The notes under the pieces: model-generated
Seen by the model: the letters and a program-made list of their open reading frames with translations, nothing else
Databases searched by the model: none
Told to the model about the DNA's origin: nothing
Made by a program: the position numbers and the translations under genes
Source of the DNA: Eledone cirrhosa
Taxonomy: Eukaryota
DNA length: 64,000 nucleotides
Direction: 5' to 3'
NCBI GenBank assembly: GCA_964016885.1
Contig: OZ024742.1
Span: forward strand, 220,596,001 to 220,660,000
Shown here: positions 45,401 to 58,121 of the stretch, piece after piece
Layout: each line of letters starts with the position of its first letter
How positions within the stretch are numbered: position 1 is the stretch's first letter

Positions 45401-46310
45401 GGGGGGGGGACAGGATATCAAATTATTTTTGAGGGGTGAAATATTTACCTTTCAACTCACTGTGACACCAGGAGGACCACCGGGCAGACATGTACATAAT
45501 AAATAGGTCTAATCAGCGTTTAGTCAGCCCACCACCACCGTCTGACATGCTCTCAATAGTCAATCAAGTCTGACTGACACTCACCCCTTGAAATATTACA
45601 GTATCAATAGGGATATACAAAACTCAAAATACTAAAAACAACTTTTCAATGTCTCTGTGTGTGCATCAGGCACGCACAACTATAATATAATATGAAATTG
45701 TCTTGTAATTCGGTATTTCTGTAAGAGGTGAGCTTCGCCTTTCACCTTTACAGGGTCGATAAAAATAAAGCACCAGTCATGCACTGGGTCGATTTAATTG
45801 ACTTTCCCTCCCTTTAACTTGATCTTGTGCCTAAATCAGAAATTATTATTATTGTTTATTTAATAGTGGCGGGGTCCCCGACATCTAGGGGACCTATGAT
45901 CAAAAGAATACCGCCGGCTTTTTAGCTATATGGAAGACTATATCATCTATTATCTGTTGTGTTCTTTCTATATTTAAGTTGGCAACTAAAGTTCAATTTG
46001 CAGAAGATACAACTGCTGTTTCTAGCAGGTCGAGCGACTACGTAGAAACTGGGTAGTAGGTTGTTTCAGTCGACTGTTGCTTTTTCTCCTCCAAATCAAA
46101 AGGGTTGCAATTATAAATATATCAGTTTGAGAATTATTTCCCCCACCTCCAATGTCTAGATGTGGCTATTTAACCTCATACTGCTTACTATGAGAATAAG
46201 ACACGAACCTCACAGAAAAATATTCTATCAAACCCAAATAACAAAATGTTCGAGGCAAAAGGTTCCGACATTGACTTCACTAAAATACTCAAAAGTAATA
46301 TATATGTATA

Positions 46311-46455
46311 TTATTATAGAAATGACTCCTACAAGAATAGAACTGTTCCATTCGTAAGAAATCATCAGGAATGCCGACAAAAAAATTCTTGACTTTCCTG
46401 ATGATTTCTTACGAATGAAACAGCTCTAGTCCCGTAGAAGTCATTTCTATAATAA
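46311..46455. repeat. Fold-back element with ~60-bp arms
   Basis: Arms 46311-46371 and 46395-46455 are imperfect reverse complements. Confidence 0.9.
46390..46443 (+). ncRNA. Type I hammerhead ribozyme candidate with canonical core
   Basis: TGACTTTC-CTGATGA-T TTC TTAC GAA T-GAAAC-loop-GTA-GAAGTCA; stem I has 7 bp with one bulge. Confidence 0.6.
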
Positions 46456-47029
46456 AATGAATATGCCTTAGTCTACTAACGTATTGAGTACCATTTTTAA
46501 CAGTGGTCGCCTCCAGATTTGCATTATATATAATTGAATTACATCAATGTTTACCGTATCACCTCATTCTCTTAATAAAACATCATAGCATTCTCTCTCA
46601 GAAACCATTATGGAGGGTAACTATGGAACCAATAAGAGGAGGTAGTGTGTATGGCTTGACCTGGTAGCAACCAAAATATCCTATAAATCTCATCCTACCA
46701 ACAAGGAAGGACACACTGGACAAAAAGATGGTCATAGCCGGAACGGTTTCGTTTGTTCATCGAAGACATACTTGCCAGTTTAGCCACAGGTTTACCTTGA
46801 TGGAGCAGACCAATGACCAGAAACATCCTAGTTTTAACCATCCTGTCGTTTTAGGGATACCATACACTACATTATACAATGTGTCCTTTCTTTTCCAAAG
46901 ACTAGGGTATGGTTTAAGGGAGATTTGACTGCTATTTCTAGCAGATTGAGTGACTAAGCAAAGGCTCCTTCGGTGATTCGTTAATATTATACTAAGAAGC
47001 AAGCACCAGCATATAAAACAGAGTTAAAT

Positions 47030-47315
47030 AATTATTTCTACTTTAGGCACAAGGCCAGCAATTACCCAGTGCATTACTGGTACTTTATTTTATCGACTCC
47101 GTAAGGATGAAAAGCAAAGCCAACCTCGGCGAGATTTGAACTCAGATTGTAAAGGGACGTAACTATGCTGGAAAGCATGGCGTCCGACCCTCTACCGATA
47201 CTGCCAACTAAATAATTGTTTCTACGTTAGGCACAAGGCCAGCAATTATCAGTGTATTACTGGTACTTTATTTTATCGACTCCGTAAGGATGAAAGGCAA
47301 AGTTAACCTGCCAAC
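47030..47315 (-). mobile_element. Tandem family A SINEs
   Basis: Full plus truncated copy; aactaaataat direct repeats. Confidence 0.85.
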
Positions 47316-47529
47316 TAAATAATGTACGTCGAACTGTCACTGAATTTTATTTTCCTTTCATTTATAAGGACTTTAAAAAAACAAACAAATATCACAGCAC
47401 CCGATCCAATATATAATTAAACGTCTCAAATTTTATCCTTTATGTGTGTGTGTGTGCGCTGTGTGAGCGTTAAGTATTTCTGTAGAAAGGGTAAAGGTAA
47501 AAAAGAGTGCTCTATGTATTGTACAGAGC

Positions 47530-47747
47530 TATTTAATTACATAATAAACAATACAATATAATTATTTCATTATCGAAGGTTTCAAGAAACTGAATCATTC
47601 TTGCAATAAACATGCAGTTCAATTGTCAGAGAAGGTAATTATTTTGTCAGACGATTGAACTGGATATTTATTGCAAGAATCATCTACTTTCTTGAAACCT
47701 TCGGTAATGAAATAATTATATTGTGTTGTTTGTTGTGTAATTAAATA
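47530..47747. repeat. Fold-back element with ~98-bp arms abutting (TA)n
   Basis: Arms 47530-47627 and 47650-47747; contains GAAA-TAATTA-TA. Confidence 0.9.
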
Positions 47748-47846
47748 ATATATATATATATATATATTATTCTTGCAATAAATATCCATATATTATATAT
47801 TATGGAATACTCTTAGCTTCTCGTTACAATAATTTCTATACTTTTC

Positions 47847-47893
<47 letters not shown>

Positions 47894-47975
47894 AAGAGAG
47901 AGATAGTTAATTCCATAACAATTACCAAACCACACTTGAGAACACAAGTCTTCCGTTCACACTACAACCTAATAA

Positions 47976-48012
47976 GAGTTGAAAATCCTTTTTAGGTGAA
48001 ACACGTGTTCTC
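47976..48012 (+). ncRNA. Minimal type I hammerhead candidate with U3-A8 core variant (solo Penelope pLTR)
   Basis: GAG-TTGAAAA-T CCT TTTT AGG T-GAAA-CACGTG-TT-CTC; downstream cgtccc..gactgagtgctct matches 40344-40365. Confidence 0.62.
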
Positions 48013-48142
48013 AAGTATAGTATGGAATTAACTCAATACACAACTCGTCCCTTAGACTGAGTGCTCTACCAATTTTGGATGTAACCTGATTTTTCACAAT
48101 ACACGACTCCAAAACGGTAACTGAATTTGCAGAATATTCAGC

Positions 48143-48486
48143 GTGTGTGTGCGTAGAACAATAAAAAAACAGAAGTCAGGTAAAGGTAGGTAGTTAGTTA
48201 GTTCATTGTTTCGCGATCGTTTCAGAGGGCCGATTGTTCGATGTATCAACTACCTATTTCTAGTCTCGAAATCGCTGTTCAATCGGCTGTCTTTCTGAGG
48301 AAGATGGCCGATTGAACAGTGTTTTCGAAATTAGAAATAGGTAGTAACTTAACTACTACTATGCTAGTCGATATATCGATCTCGATCGAACAATCGACTC
48401 TCTGAAACGATCGTAAAGCAATGAACTTTCTACCTACACCTGACTTCTGTTTTTTTTTTTATTATTATTGTTCTATGCACAAACAC
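48143..48486. mobile_element. Long palindromic MITE/fold-back element
   Basis: ~150-bp imperfect arms meeting near 48296 with almost no spacer. Confidence 0.75.
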
Positions 48487-48654
48487 ATATCTAAATGACT
48501 GTAACCCGGACATATTTTGTTCGAGGATACCTTAGGCGGTGATCATCTACCACAAAAACTACTGGTCACACTACAGAATCTTACAGCAACCATCCTGCCA
48601 AGGACACAGTGAGTTCTAACAACGTTATCAGTCCTACCACAACCAGGTGAATTA

Positions 48655-48688
<34 letters not shown>

Positions 48689-49563
48689 CGATTAATATTA
48701 TTACGTTGAGTTCAAATCTAGTGAGATCGATAAAATAAAGGTCCAGATACTGCGAATCGATTCAATCGACTATACAACAAAATTGTGGTTGTATGTATAC
48801 CTTTACTGTAAAATCATTATTATTGCACGATATATATATACATATTATACCATAATTTAACTCTCACACCCCCACCCCCTCCCTTTCTGTAGTCGAAAAC
48901 GAGAGAATGATTGCAAATCTACATTACAAAAGTTAAAAAATCTGATGCAAGAAACCGAAAATAATGATGAAAATATACAACGATAAACTGTTTCACGAGA
49001 ACGAAATGATAAAAAAATAGATTAAATGAAGACGTGATAATGATGATGACAGATTCAATGAATGATGCTAAAGCAGTGATAGAAAGAAATGCACCATTGC
49101 AATATTGTAATATTACATATGCACATTCACATGGACGGACACACACACAAGGCGAGATCGAAACAAACCAAAGAATGAAAAGAAGAAAAAAAATCGAACA
49201 GAACAAGAGCAGCCGTCACGAGACTTGCTTAAGGGTGCATGCATCTATTTTGGTGTGCTGATAATTATTTTAAGCAGTTCGAACTGCTTCACTTCTCATA
49301 ACGCTTATGGCAACATAACCATACCCAAATATAACAATATATATATATCTTCAATTCTCTATAAATCTGAAAGCTTTTTGGTCTGTGATTAAGGGTATAA
49401 CCATTATTTTCCTTTATCGTATTTTGTTAAGCTAAAACCAACTTTATACATTATTTCTTGAGCATTCTTACCAATTTGCACACACATTATGTATATATAT
49501 ATATATATATATAAATGAAAAGTATAGAAATTATTATGAGCAAGAAGCACACAGTATTTCATA

Positions 49564-49618
<55 letters not shown>

Positions 49619-50733
49619 GCAAACAGACAGACACCACACAAATCTCAAGATCAACCTAGCCATAGCCTCAAAATACCGAAGAAAATATAACTAAATATTC
49701 AATAGCCATATTATTGAATTAAATTGTAAGAAGCCATTATTTTAAACGAAGTGGAAGAAAAGGACAAGAGACTTTCACGGGAGTATAATAGTGGTGGTGG
49801 TATACACACACACGAAAAAGGTGAATACATATACTATATAAGTGTGTCTATATAATTGCATATGAGTGCGTGTATGTATGTAGTAGGTTAATACACACTA
49901 TATAAGCGCGTGTATATAATTGCATATACATGAATGTGTGCGTGTATGTATGCATTGATTATGTGGACTGTGAAACTGTAAACGTGACCGGTGATGAACC
50001 AACTTGCAATGTGTTCTGCCACTATTATCATCAACATCACTTTCATCGCTACCACCAATATTACCAATACCCACTATTACCAACACCCATTATCACAATC
50101 AACATCACTATTTTCATAAGCCTCATGTGTCCAAGCACTTGTCAAAAACTCAAGTCATCATCATCATCAATATCAACACTACATTAACGAAAATGAATAA
50201 CAAACAGTCATATAATAAACAAAAACCAAATTTAATCCAACCGAGCCAAACCTGAAAAAAGAGATATCAATGGTCTTTTGGTAGTTTGATAGGCAAGGGA
50301 GTAAGGAAGAAACGTGGTTCAAACACAATTAAAGGAGCTGAAGAAATTATAATCATATTAAAGGTAGAAAGATATTAACTAACGTAAAATGATTGAGAGG
50401 TGTAGAAATTTTATATCTTAAGATTTAAATGTTACTTACCTTTGTTTTATATTTGTCTCTTTTTTATAGTCTGTATAGAGGTAAAATAAAAATGAACACT
50501 AATCGCCTTATTAATAAGACAACTGAAATCACAGTTCTGGGTATTTATTCTGCAAGGAGCAGAAAGCATCCAATGTTAGCTGCAAACAACTTTTGGAGAA
50601 ATTTTAAAATATTAAATCACTATAGTCCGGTGAGACTGGTAATGGTCTGCACTGGCATAATTACCAAATCCAGATGCAAAATTATATATATAACATACTT
50701 CAAGTATATATATATATATATGTATGTATATAG

Positions 50734-50784
<51 letters not shown>

Positions 50785-52119
50785 CTTTTCTTTTCCGTAA
50801 GCACCTTCGGTCTCGTGTTAATTGTCTTGACACATTTATACAATACTAAGTATACATGTATATATATATATACATATATATTTTTTTCCGTAAACACCTT
50901 CGGTCTTGACACATTTATACAGTACTAAGTATATATATGTATATAAATATACATATATATATATATATATATTTCTTTTCCGCGAGCGACTTAGATCTCG
51001 TGTTAATTGTCTCCACACACATATACAATGCAAATGATAACAGCAGCAGGAGCTGTCATGTGATGCTATGCATACATCTAGTCGCACTAATTAGACATAC
51101 ATACACATTCATTCTACGTACTAAACGTAACCACAAAATCTTCTTTATATACATATATAGAAAATATCTAATTAAATTAATAATAATATGGCATTCAATA
51201 TTTCATTATATTTTTGTTTGTTAGTTTGTTTTGTTTTTTGTTCAATATTTCGGGCTTACGTGAAGTTGAGGTTTGTATCTATATTTTGGCGTGTATTTGT
51301 AACCTCTTTTTTCTTTTTTCTTATAGTAAGTGGTTAATATGCGAATTTGTATATTTGTATATTCGTGTATTACCTGCCGTAAGTTTTACATGATGTCATG
51401 ATACGAAACTAAAAAAAAAAAAAAAGATCCTATCTCATCCATTGAATCCAAGAGTAGCTGCTGCAGTTGTTATTAGTGCTGCTGCTTATATTACTGTGGC
51501 TGTTATTACTACTACTGTTACTGTTCCTCTCTGAATGAATTCGCATTCAACAAATCCAACCATGCCTCTCAAGCTATGTATCCTAACACAGGGTATATAG
51601 CTTTTACTACGGCAATGAGGGGTGATATTTCATGAACAGGCACGTGCACTTAGACACAGGCCATCTCATACACCTTTCTGCACAAACTCGCCTGCATAGA
51701 GCATTGTACACGCCATCGCACTTATGATTGCTACTTTACTTAATCACGAAACCTGTTATTTTTGTATGTGTGAAAGGGTGGGGTGAGTAGTTGTGACATT
51801 TATTTATTTTTTCTGAAAAAAGGCATTATCGACATAAGGAAACTGAAATGTTTTAGCTAAAGCTAAAAACGTGCCACAAACTCGTTTCACCATGCAAGTG
51901 ACAGCAATATTGACCATGTCATATGACAAGTCACGAGACCAATATTTATTGGTGAGGAGGGGGAGCGGATAATCGATTTAAGCAACTGTTTATGTATGAT
52001 TGGTACTGGAATGGTAAAATATACCAAATACAAATCATTTTCTGTAGAAAATGAGCTCAGAAGCATGAGACACCAAAATAGTCTGTAGCATTTTTATTTC
52101 TTTTAATAAATTAGTAGTA

Positions 52120-52540
52120 GGTGGTAGTGAAAATAGCCATGATATGATGGGGACAAATATCTCAGGTTAGTGAGATAGATAATACAAATGCCAATACCTT
52201 GTCTGAATGCCTACAGATGGGAGATGTTGAGTCTGGTGTAGATATGTGTAGCAATGCAAAAATTTCACCGAAGACACCTCTACTTCATTTGCAGCAATAT
52301 TAAACCAAACAGCATGTTAGGCCTACAATGCAATCCAAGGGATAAGTGGAGTTAACTGTAGTCTACAATGGTGCAAATTATGCCTCCTGTTGGGTGAGAA
52401 TTCGACAAATGCTTTTACAATATATGGTATGGAGGGACAACTTCCATTCATTGGGGCTCCAATTTACAGAGAGGATGAGTGGCCTTTAGATATGGAGATT
52501 AACTGTGAATACTAAAATAAGCAGTCCTAATACGTGGCAG
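52120..52540 (+). mobile_element. Possible very old Gypsy integrase remnant
   Basis: Weak motif echoes only: CSNAKISPKTPL, FTIYGMEGQL, GLQFT. Confidence 0.3.
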
Positions 52541-55500
52541 CCGCCAAGCTAGGGTTACAATGAAGACAATGGCAGCAAGATGTTAAATTTAAACATTGGT
52601 GTAGCAAAACAGAATTTGATTGCTAAAAGTCTAAAGTCTGTCTTGAGCCTGAAGCCTTATCAGGCCTGTGCTTATCCTGGTTTCATGGCATTAAGCAACT
52701 GAGAATACAAGACTTGCCCTTGGACTGGACGCCAGGCCATTACAAGGTTAAACCCCAGCTATTGCTGGTACTCATTTTCAGTTGAGTATTCTGGAGCAAC
52801 ATGAAATGAAGTGTTTTTCTCAAGAACACAACACAACCCAGTTCAGGAATCAAACCTATGACATGATCGTAAGTTCAACACACTTACCACCAGGTCATGC
52901 ACTTCCGCTTGATTGTAGCAATGGTCTAAATGGTTGTTATGCAGATGAACCTACATAGATCAATGGATAAGGCCCATCGACTCGAGTCAGTAGAGTGCTA
53001 GAGTCTAAGGGTCAGTAGAGTGTACATGGAGCTTCCAGGAACTATGTGCAACAGAAACCAAATTGACAATATTGATACAACAATGTTCAGTTTTCACCTG
53101 TTTCAAGCTAGAAGTTGAAACAGAAACCATAGGTACAAAGGAAGATCTAGAAGAATTAGGTACTGAAGAAGGTTGGTGAAGGATTCCCAGTTCAATTCTA
53201 CTAAATGGTACTATAGCTTGAGGTTGACAAATGGATTGTGAGTGAAATTCGATTGGTGGGGACTGCAGAAGACCATCATGTATGAGTATGTGTGTGTGTT
53301 TGTCTTTTATCCATGTATATTGGTAAAGATCAGTAAGAAATAGATAGGCCTGGTGTGTTTAAAATGATAAAAATAATAATCAGGATGGAAGTGCTTCCAC
53401 AGTTCACTGACACCTCTATAAACAGTGTCACTTCTAAATTATAATTTCTCTCTATCCATATAGATATGATAATAATTTTCTTCAGGAACCCTACCAAACA
53501 AATTGTCAGGAGGATTATTTAGCTGTGTCAGAGACATGATAACTTTCCTAAAGCTGGTACTAAAGTACAAAAGGTACTTGGTAGAGCATGGGAACAGATG
53601 AAGTTTATCAGAAAAAAATGTTTGTCACAATCAATCATAAGCATATACTGCTGCTCCAGTGCTTTACATATAGCTTATGAAACTCATCATCCTCATCACC
53701 ATTTAATGTTCATTTTTCCATGCTAGCATGGGTTAGATGAAATCTTCCATTCTGAGACAAGTCAGATCAAATGACCATGTCCTGCTCATACACAACTATT
53801 TCTGGCTTGGTTTCTGTGGCTGGATGCCCCACCTAATGCCAACTACATTGACATTGTGGACTGCAACTGTTCTCAGAAAATTATATGACACTATGAATAC
53901 TTCATATTTAAAATTAAATTGTCCTATTTTCCTTCGCCATCTTATCCAGGAGTTGCGAACAATAGATACCATCAGCAATGGAAAGACCAATGGAAATATT
54001 GTTTCCTTGGTCCCATTTGACAAGCTCCACCCCATTTGGTACGAATGGGGTCTGGGATCTTGTCAATCGATTCAATTGATCGATCTTATGTAGCTAAGAA
54101 TGATAGACCACATTTAATTCAATTAGCCTTATTAAAACTTCCAAAGAAAAAATAGTATTGGAACTGGGCTACATTCCTGCAGTAGCATCGTCATCATCAT
54201 CATCATCGTTTTTACATCCATCTTTCCATGCTTGCATGGGTTGGATGAGTCATTTTCAGCACAGAATCCCTCCATTTGCAGCATTCCTTTGTTCTCTCTG
54301 TAACTCTCAGCAATTTGAAATCAGCTCTCACAACCTCTGCTCAGGTTATCCTTGGTCTACCTCTGCTGTGGCTTCCTTCCACTGAAATTTCCTGGCACTT
54401 CTTCAGGCAATGATCATCACATATCTGCACCAATGCAGTCTTCTCTCTTGCACACACTTCAGATTCCTACATTTATAAGTAATCATATAACCATTAATAT
54501 GAAAATAAAACTGCATATTAATCCAATCCAATCCAATCCAGGTTCTTCTCACTCCCATTGGAGGAACCCCTCTCTGGTTGACCTCCACTGCTTTCTGTTT
54601 GGTTTTGGTCATGTCTGGGGTGTAGCTGTACTCACCATGTTTGACTAATTGCAGGTTGGTGAGACTATTTAACCCATAGTTGCATATCAAGCAGATAAAT
54701 GGCAACATTCCTGTTCTTATGCATAACTCATCAAGCCTGAACATTAAGACCACCCTTATAGTTTATTTAAGCTATGAAAATGATAAAGAGAATGTTCCCC
54801 ATTGTATGCTTTTAGACTTAATCAAACTGTTTGTTTTGAGCCTGGAGGCTCATCAGGCCAGTGCTTATCCTGATTTCCATGGCATTAAGGATTTGAGAGT
54901 ACAAGACTCCCCCCTGGGCAGGACACCAGGCCATCGCATGGTTAAACCCCAAAATTCTGTTAGTACTCATTTTCAGCTGAGTATACTGGAGCAACATGAA
55001 ATGAAATGTTTTGCTCAAGAACACAACACAAAACCCAGTCAATGAATGGAACCCACAACATTATGACCATTAGTCCAACACACTTACCACTGAGCAGAAA
55101 ATTGCAATTATTACAAAGAACCTATTGAACAGTTTCATTAAATATGCATTTGATGACACACAATAAAAACAGAACTTTGTAACATTTTCTCATGGGGAGT
55201 CAAACATTCTGCTAACATCAAATCTGATGCTGCAATAATTCTCAAAGAACATTATGTTGATTTGATAATTTTACAGTCCTAATCTGTCACAGATTAGGAT
55301 TAGAGGATTTGGTGAGAAAGGTTCATGGAAGTAATTATTTTTAATTATTTATGGATAAATTGTAACGTGGTTGGTGTTAGGAAGGGCATCCAACCATAGA
55401 AACCAAGCCAAAATATAGATCTATATGAGCAAGGCATGGTCTCCAACTTGACTTGTCTCATAATGTGACAACCTGTCTAACCCATGCAAGCATAGAAAAG

Positions 55501-55579
55501 TAGATGATAAATGATGATGATGGTGGTGAATGAATGAATGACAAAACAAGATCTTACAGTGACAGAAAAACTTTTTTTC

Positions 55580-56280
55580 ACCCACTTATTCCTGAGAGGG
55601 TTGTGTAGGAAGACTCTTCAAACACTCTTTCCAGCAGGTCCTGTCAGAAGCAACTATCCCCAATTGGTCCAGCAGAATCCCCAAGCAAGACCAACTGAGC
55701 TCATAGATATTATCCAACCATCTTGCTCAGGGTCTTCTGCTGGCTGGTTTTGCATGTAAAATCTGTCCAGGGGTTCTTTCCTGAAACATTCTAACCACAT
55801 ATCCATAGTATTGGAGCTGTAACCTCTCAATTTGGAGAAGTAGCAACTCTACCTTGAGCAACTCTCTGATCTCCAAACTATGCTCTCTATCAAGTAACAT
55901 TACATCAAAGACCTTTTGGAGGACCCCATTTTGGTTGCTTGTATTCATAATCGTATTCTTTTGGTCATTACCTAAGATTCATGTAAGGGTTGACACAAAT
56001 ATTGAATTGAAGATAACAGTTAGGTTTTTCCACTTACCTCCCTTCTTCTGATTTCAAATGCTGAAGATGGCATATTACTGCACCAGCTCCTGCAATTTTT
56101 GTACTTATTTCAACCTCTTGCTTTCCATCACTCATGAACAGGACCCTGAAATACTTGAACTTCTCCACCTGCTTTAGTGGAACTCCATTCACATATAGAA
56201 CACACAGCATAGGCTTCAATGAGAGGATGAATGTCTCAGTCTTCACAGCACTGATTTTCTTTCAAGCTGTGCAGCACTCA
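55580..56280 (-). mobile_element. Rex3/Expander-like RTE fragment
   Basis: QVEKFKYFRVLFMSDGKQEVEI; LLLQIERLQLQYYGYVVRM; a further copy at 62470-62715. Confidence 0.85.
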
Positions 56281-56329
56281 GTATAAAAAATCTGTTATAA
56301 AAACACTTTTCTGAATAGTTTCTATTGGA

Positions 56330-57165
56330 TTTAACCTTTTTGATGCAGAAAAATTGATCCAACAGATCATAAAATCATTATTGCATTGTCAGAAGGAGCA
56401 ATGTTATAGAAGCTTAAAAGACAGTCTAAGGGTGAAAGTTTGGAAAATTTACCTGAACAAACAACAAAACTATCTCTATCCATCATCTACAGTTTCTTAA
56501 CAACTTGCAGCACTGATGTTTAAAACACTACTGAAATGTCCTCAATAACATATGTATAAATCTCTACTGAGTGAAATGTATGCTTTTGATAAAAGCTTTT
56601 GGCTTTCTGAAACACCTACCATCTAATTATGAAGATAGCTGCAATAGCAAGTTTGAAAATAACCAATCATTTGGAGGAATTTTATTGGTAAGGTTATTCA
56701 GAACATTACTTAAGAAAAATTACTAAAATATAATTATGATGAAAGGCTAAAGATTTTTAAATGAGCAGCTTTGCATCATAATTCTAAGCCAGGTATCAAA
56801 AGAGATAAACTTTATTCTTCCTTCCTTCAGAAGTTAGCTGGATAATTATGAATGCAACATACCCCCAAGATACATGGTTAAGCTGTTTACAAATTATTCA
56901 TATCGGTACTGCTAAGTGTGAGAGGAAATTCTGTTACGTGAATTTGTTAATAGCAACTACATTCTCAAGAATTCTCAGCACTTATGTTTGTTTAGCTACA
57001 TGAATTTTCTTTAGTTTGCTGGAATGGTGGAATCCTGAGCTGTATGTCACATCATGGCTGCAGTACCCAATGATACCAGATCAGTAGATGACACAAGGAC
57101 AAGTATTGCTTTAGTTACCCCCCCCCCCCCCCCCAAAAAATAACTACCAATTACGCCTGGCCCTT
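56330..57165 (+). mobile_element. Decayed hAT transposase 3' remnant
   Basis: IGTAKCERKFCYVNL resembles the hAT dimerisation motif (TAECERGFS); TIR-like caattacgcctggccct near 57150. Confidence 0.5.
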
Positions 57166-57260
57166 TGTTGAAATTATTGTATTGTGATACTTTCTACTGA
57201 TTTGAAAAGTATGCAATTACCTTAGAATTGGTAAAATACACTTGTAATTATATTTTATTA

Positions 57261-57340
57261 CTAGACCACCCGTGACCTGTTGGGTCACAATCGCTTCAAA
57301 ATATTTTTTTTAAATCATGTTCACTTAAAAATAATTTTTA
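57261..57340 (-). mobile_element. Helitron 3' terminus
   Basis: Minus-strand GTGACC-CAACA-GGTCAC hairpin followed by CTAG|T. Confidence 0.5.
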
Positions 57341-57994
57341 AATAATTAAAATATACACAGACATGTATATAATGTGAATGAAACTGGAAGGCCCACATAT
57401 ATATATGTGTGTGTATGTATATATATAAATGTGTGTGCTTGTATACATATATATATATATATATAACCCATGCTAGCGTGGAAAATGGACGTTAAACGAA
57501 GATGATGATGAGGATGATATATATATATATATATATAAAAATATATATATATGTGTGTATGTGTATATATATGGGTGTCTGTGATCTATATACACTGGTC
57601 ATAGACACACACACACACATATACATGCACACTCACATATATATATACTCAACACCACCAGCTCTCTCTCTCTTCCATTCTCTTTCTCCTCTCCCTCTCT
57701 CTCTGTCTCTCTTTCAATCTACTCTCTCACAACCACTATCTCTTTCTCTCTATCCTTCTCTCTCTCTCTGTTTATGAAGGTACCCAGAAAACCCCATATC
57801 TCAGGAACCCATGCTTCAATTTACACAAAACCTTTTTTTTTTTTTATTCCATTTGTATTCCCATTTCAGGGTCAACTTCCTTTCAAAGTATTTTCCCATT
57901 ATGCACCCTTTTGGCTGTATTACATTACAGACAAGCAAGCAATCACAGAGTTTTAGTAATATACAGATAGATAAATAATTAGTGAATTCAAGTG

Positions 57995-58118
57995 GTACTA
58001 TACAACTGCGCCATCCTTTATCATATTAAATAAACTATTATATATTTCATTCTCCAACAATAAAATATGTAATAGTTTATTTAATAATATGACAAAGGGT
58101 GACATGGTTGTATAGTAC
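57995..58118. repeat. Short fold-back/MITE
   Basis: gtactatacaac...taaataaactatta pairs with taatagtttattta...gttgtatagtac. Confidence 0.75.
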
Positions 58119-58121
58119 ATG

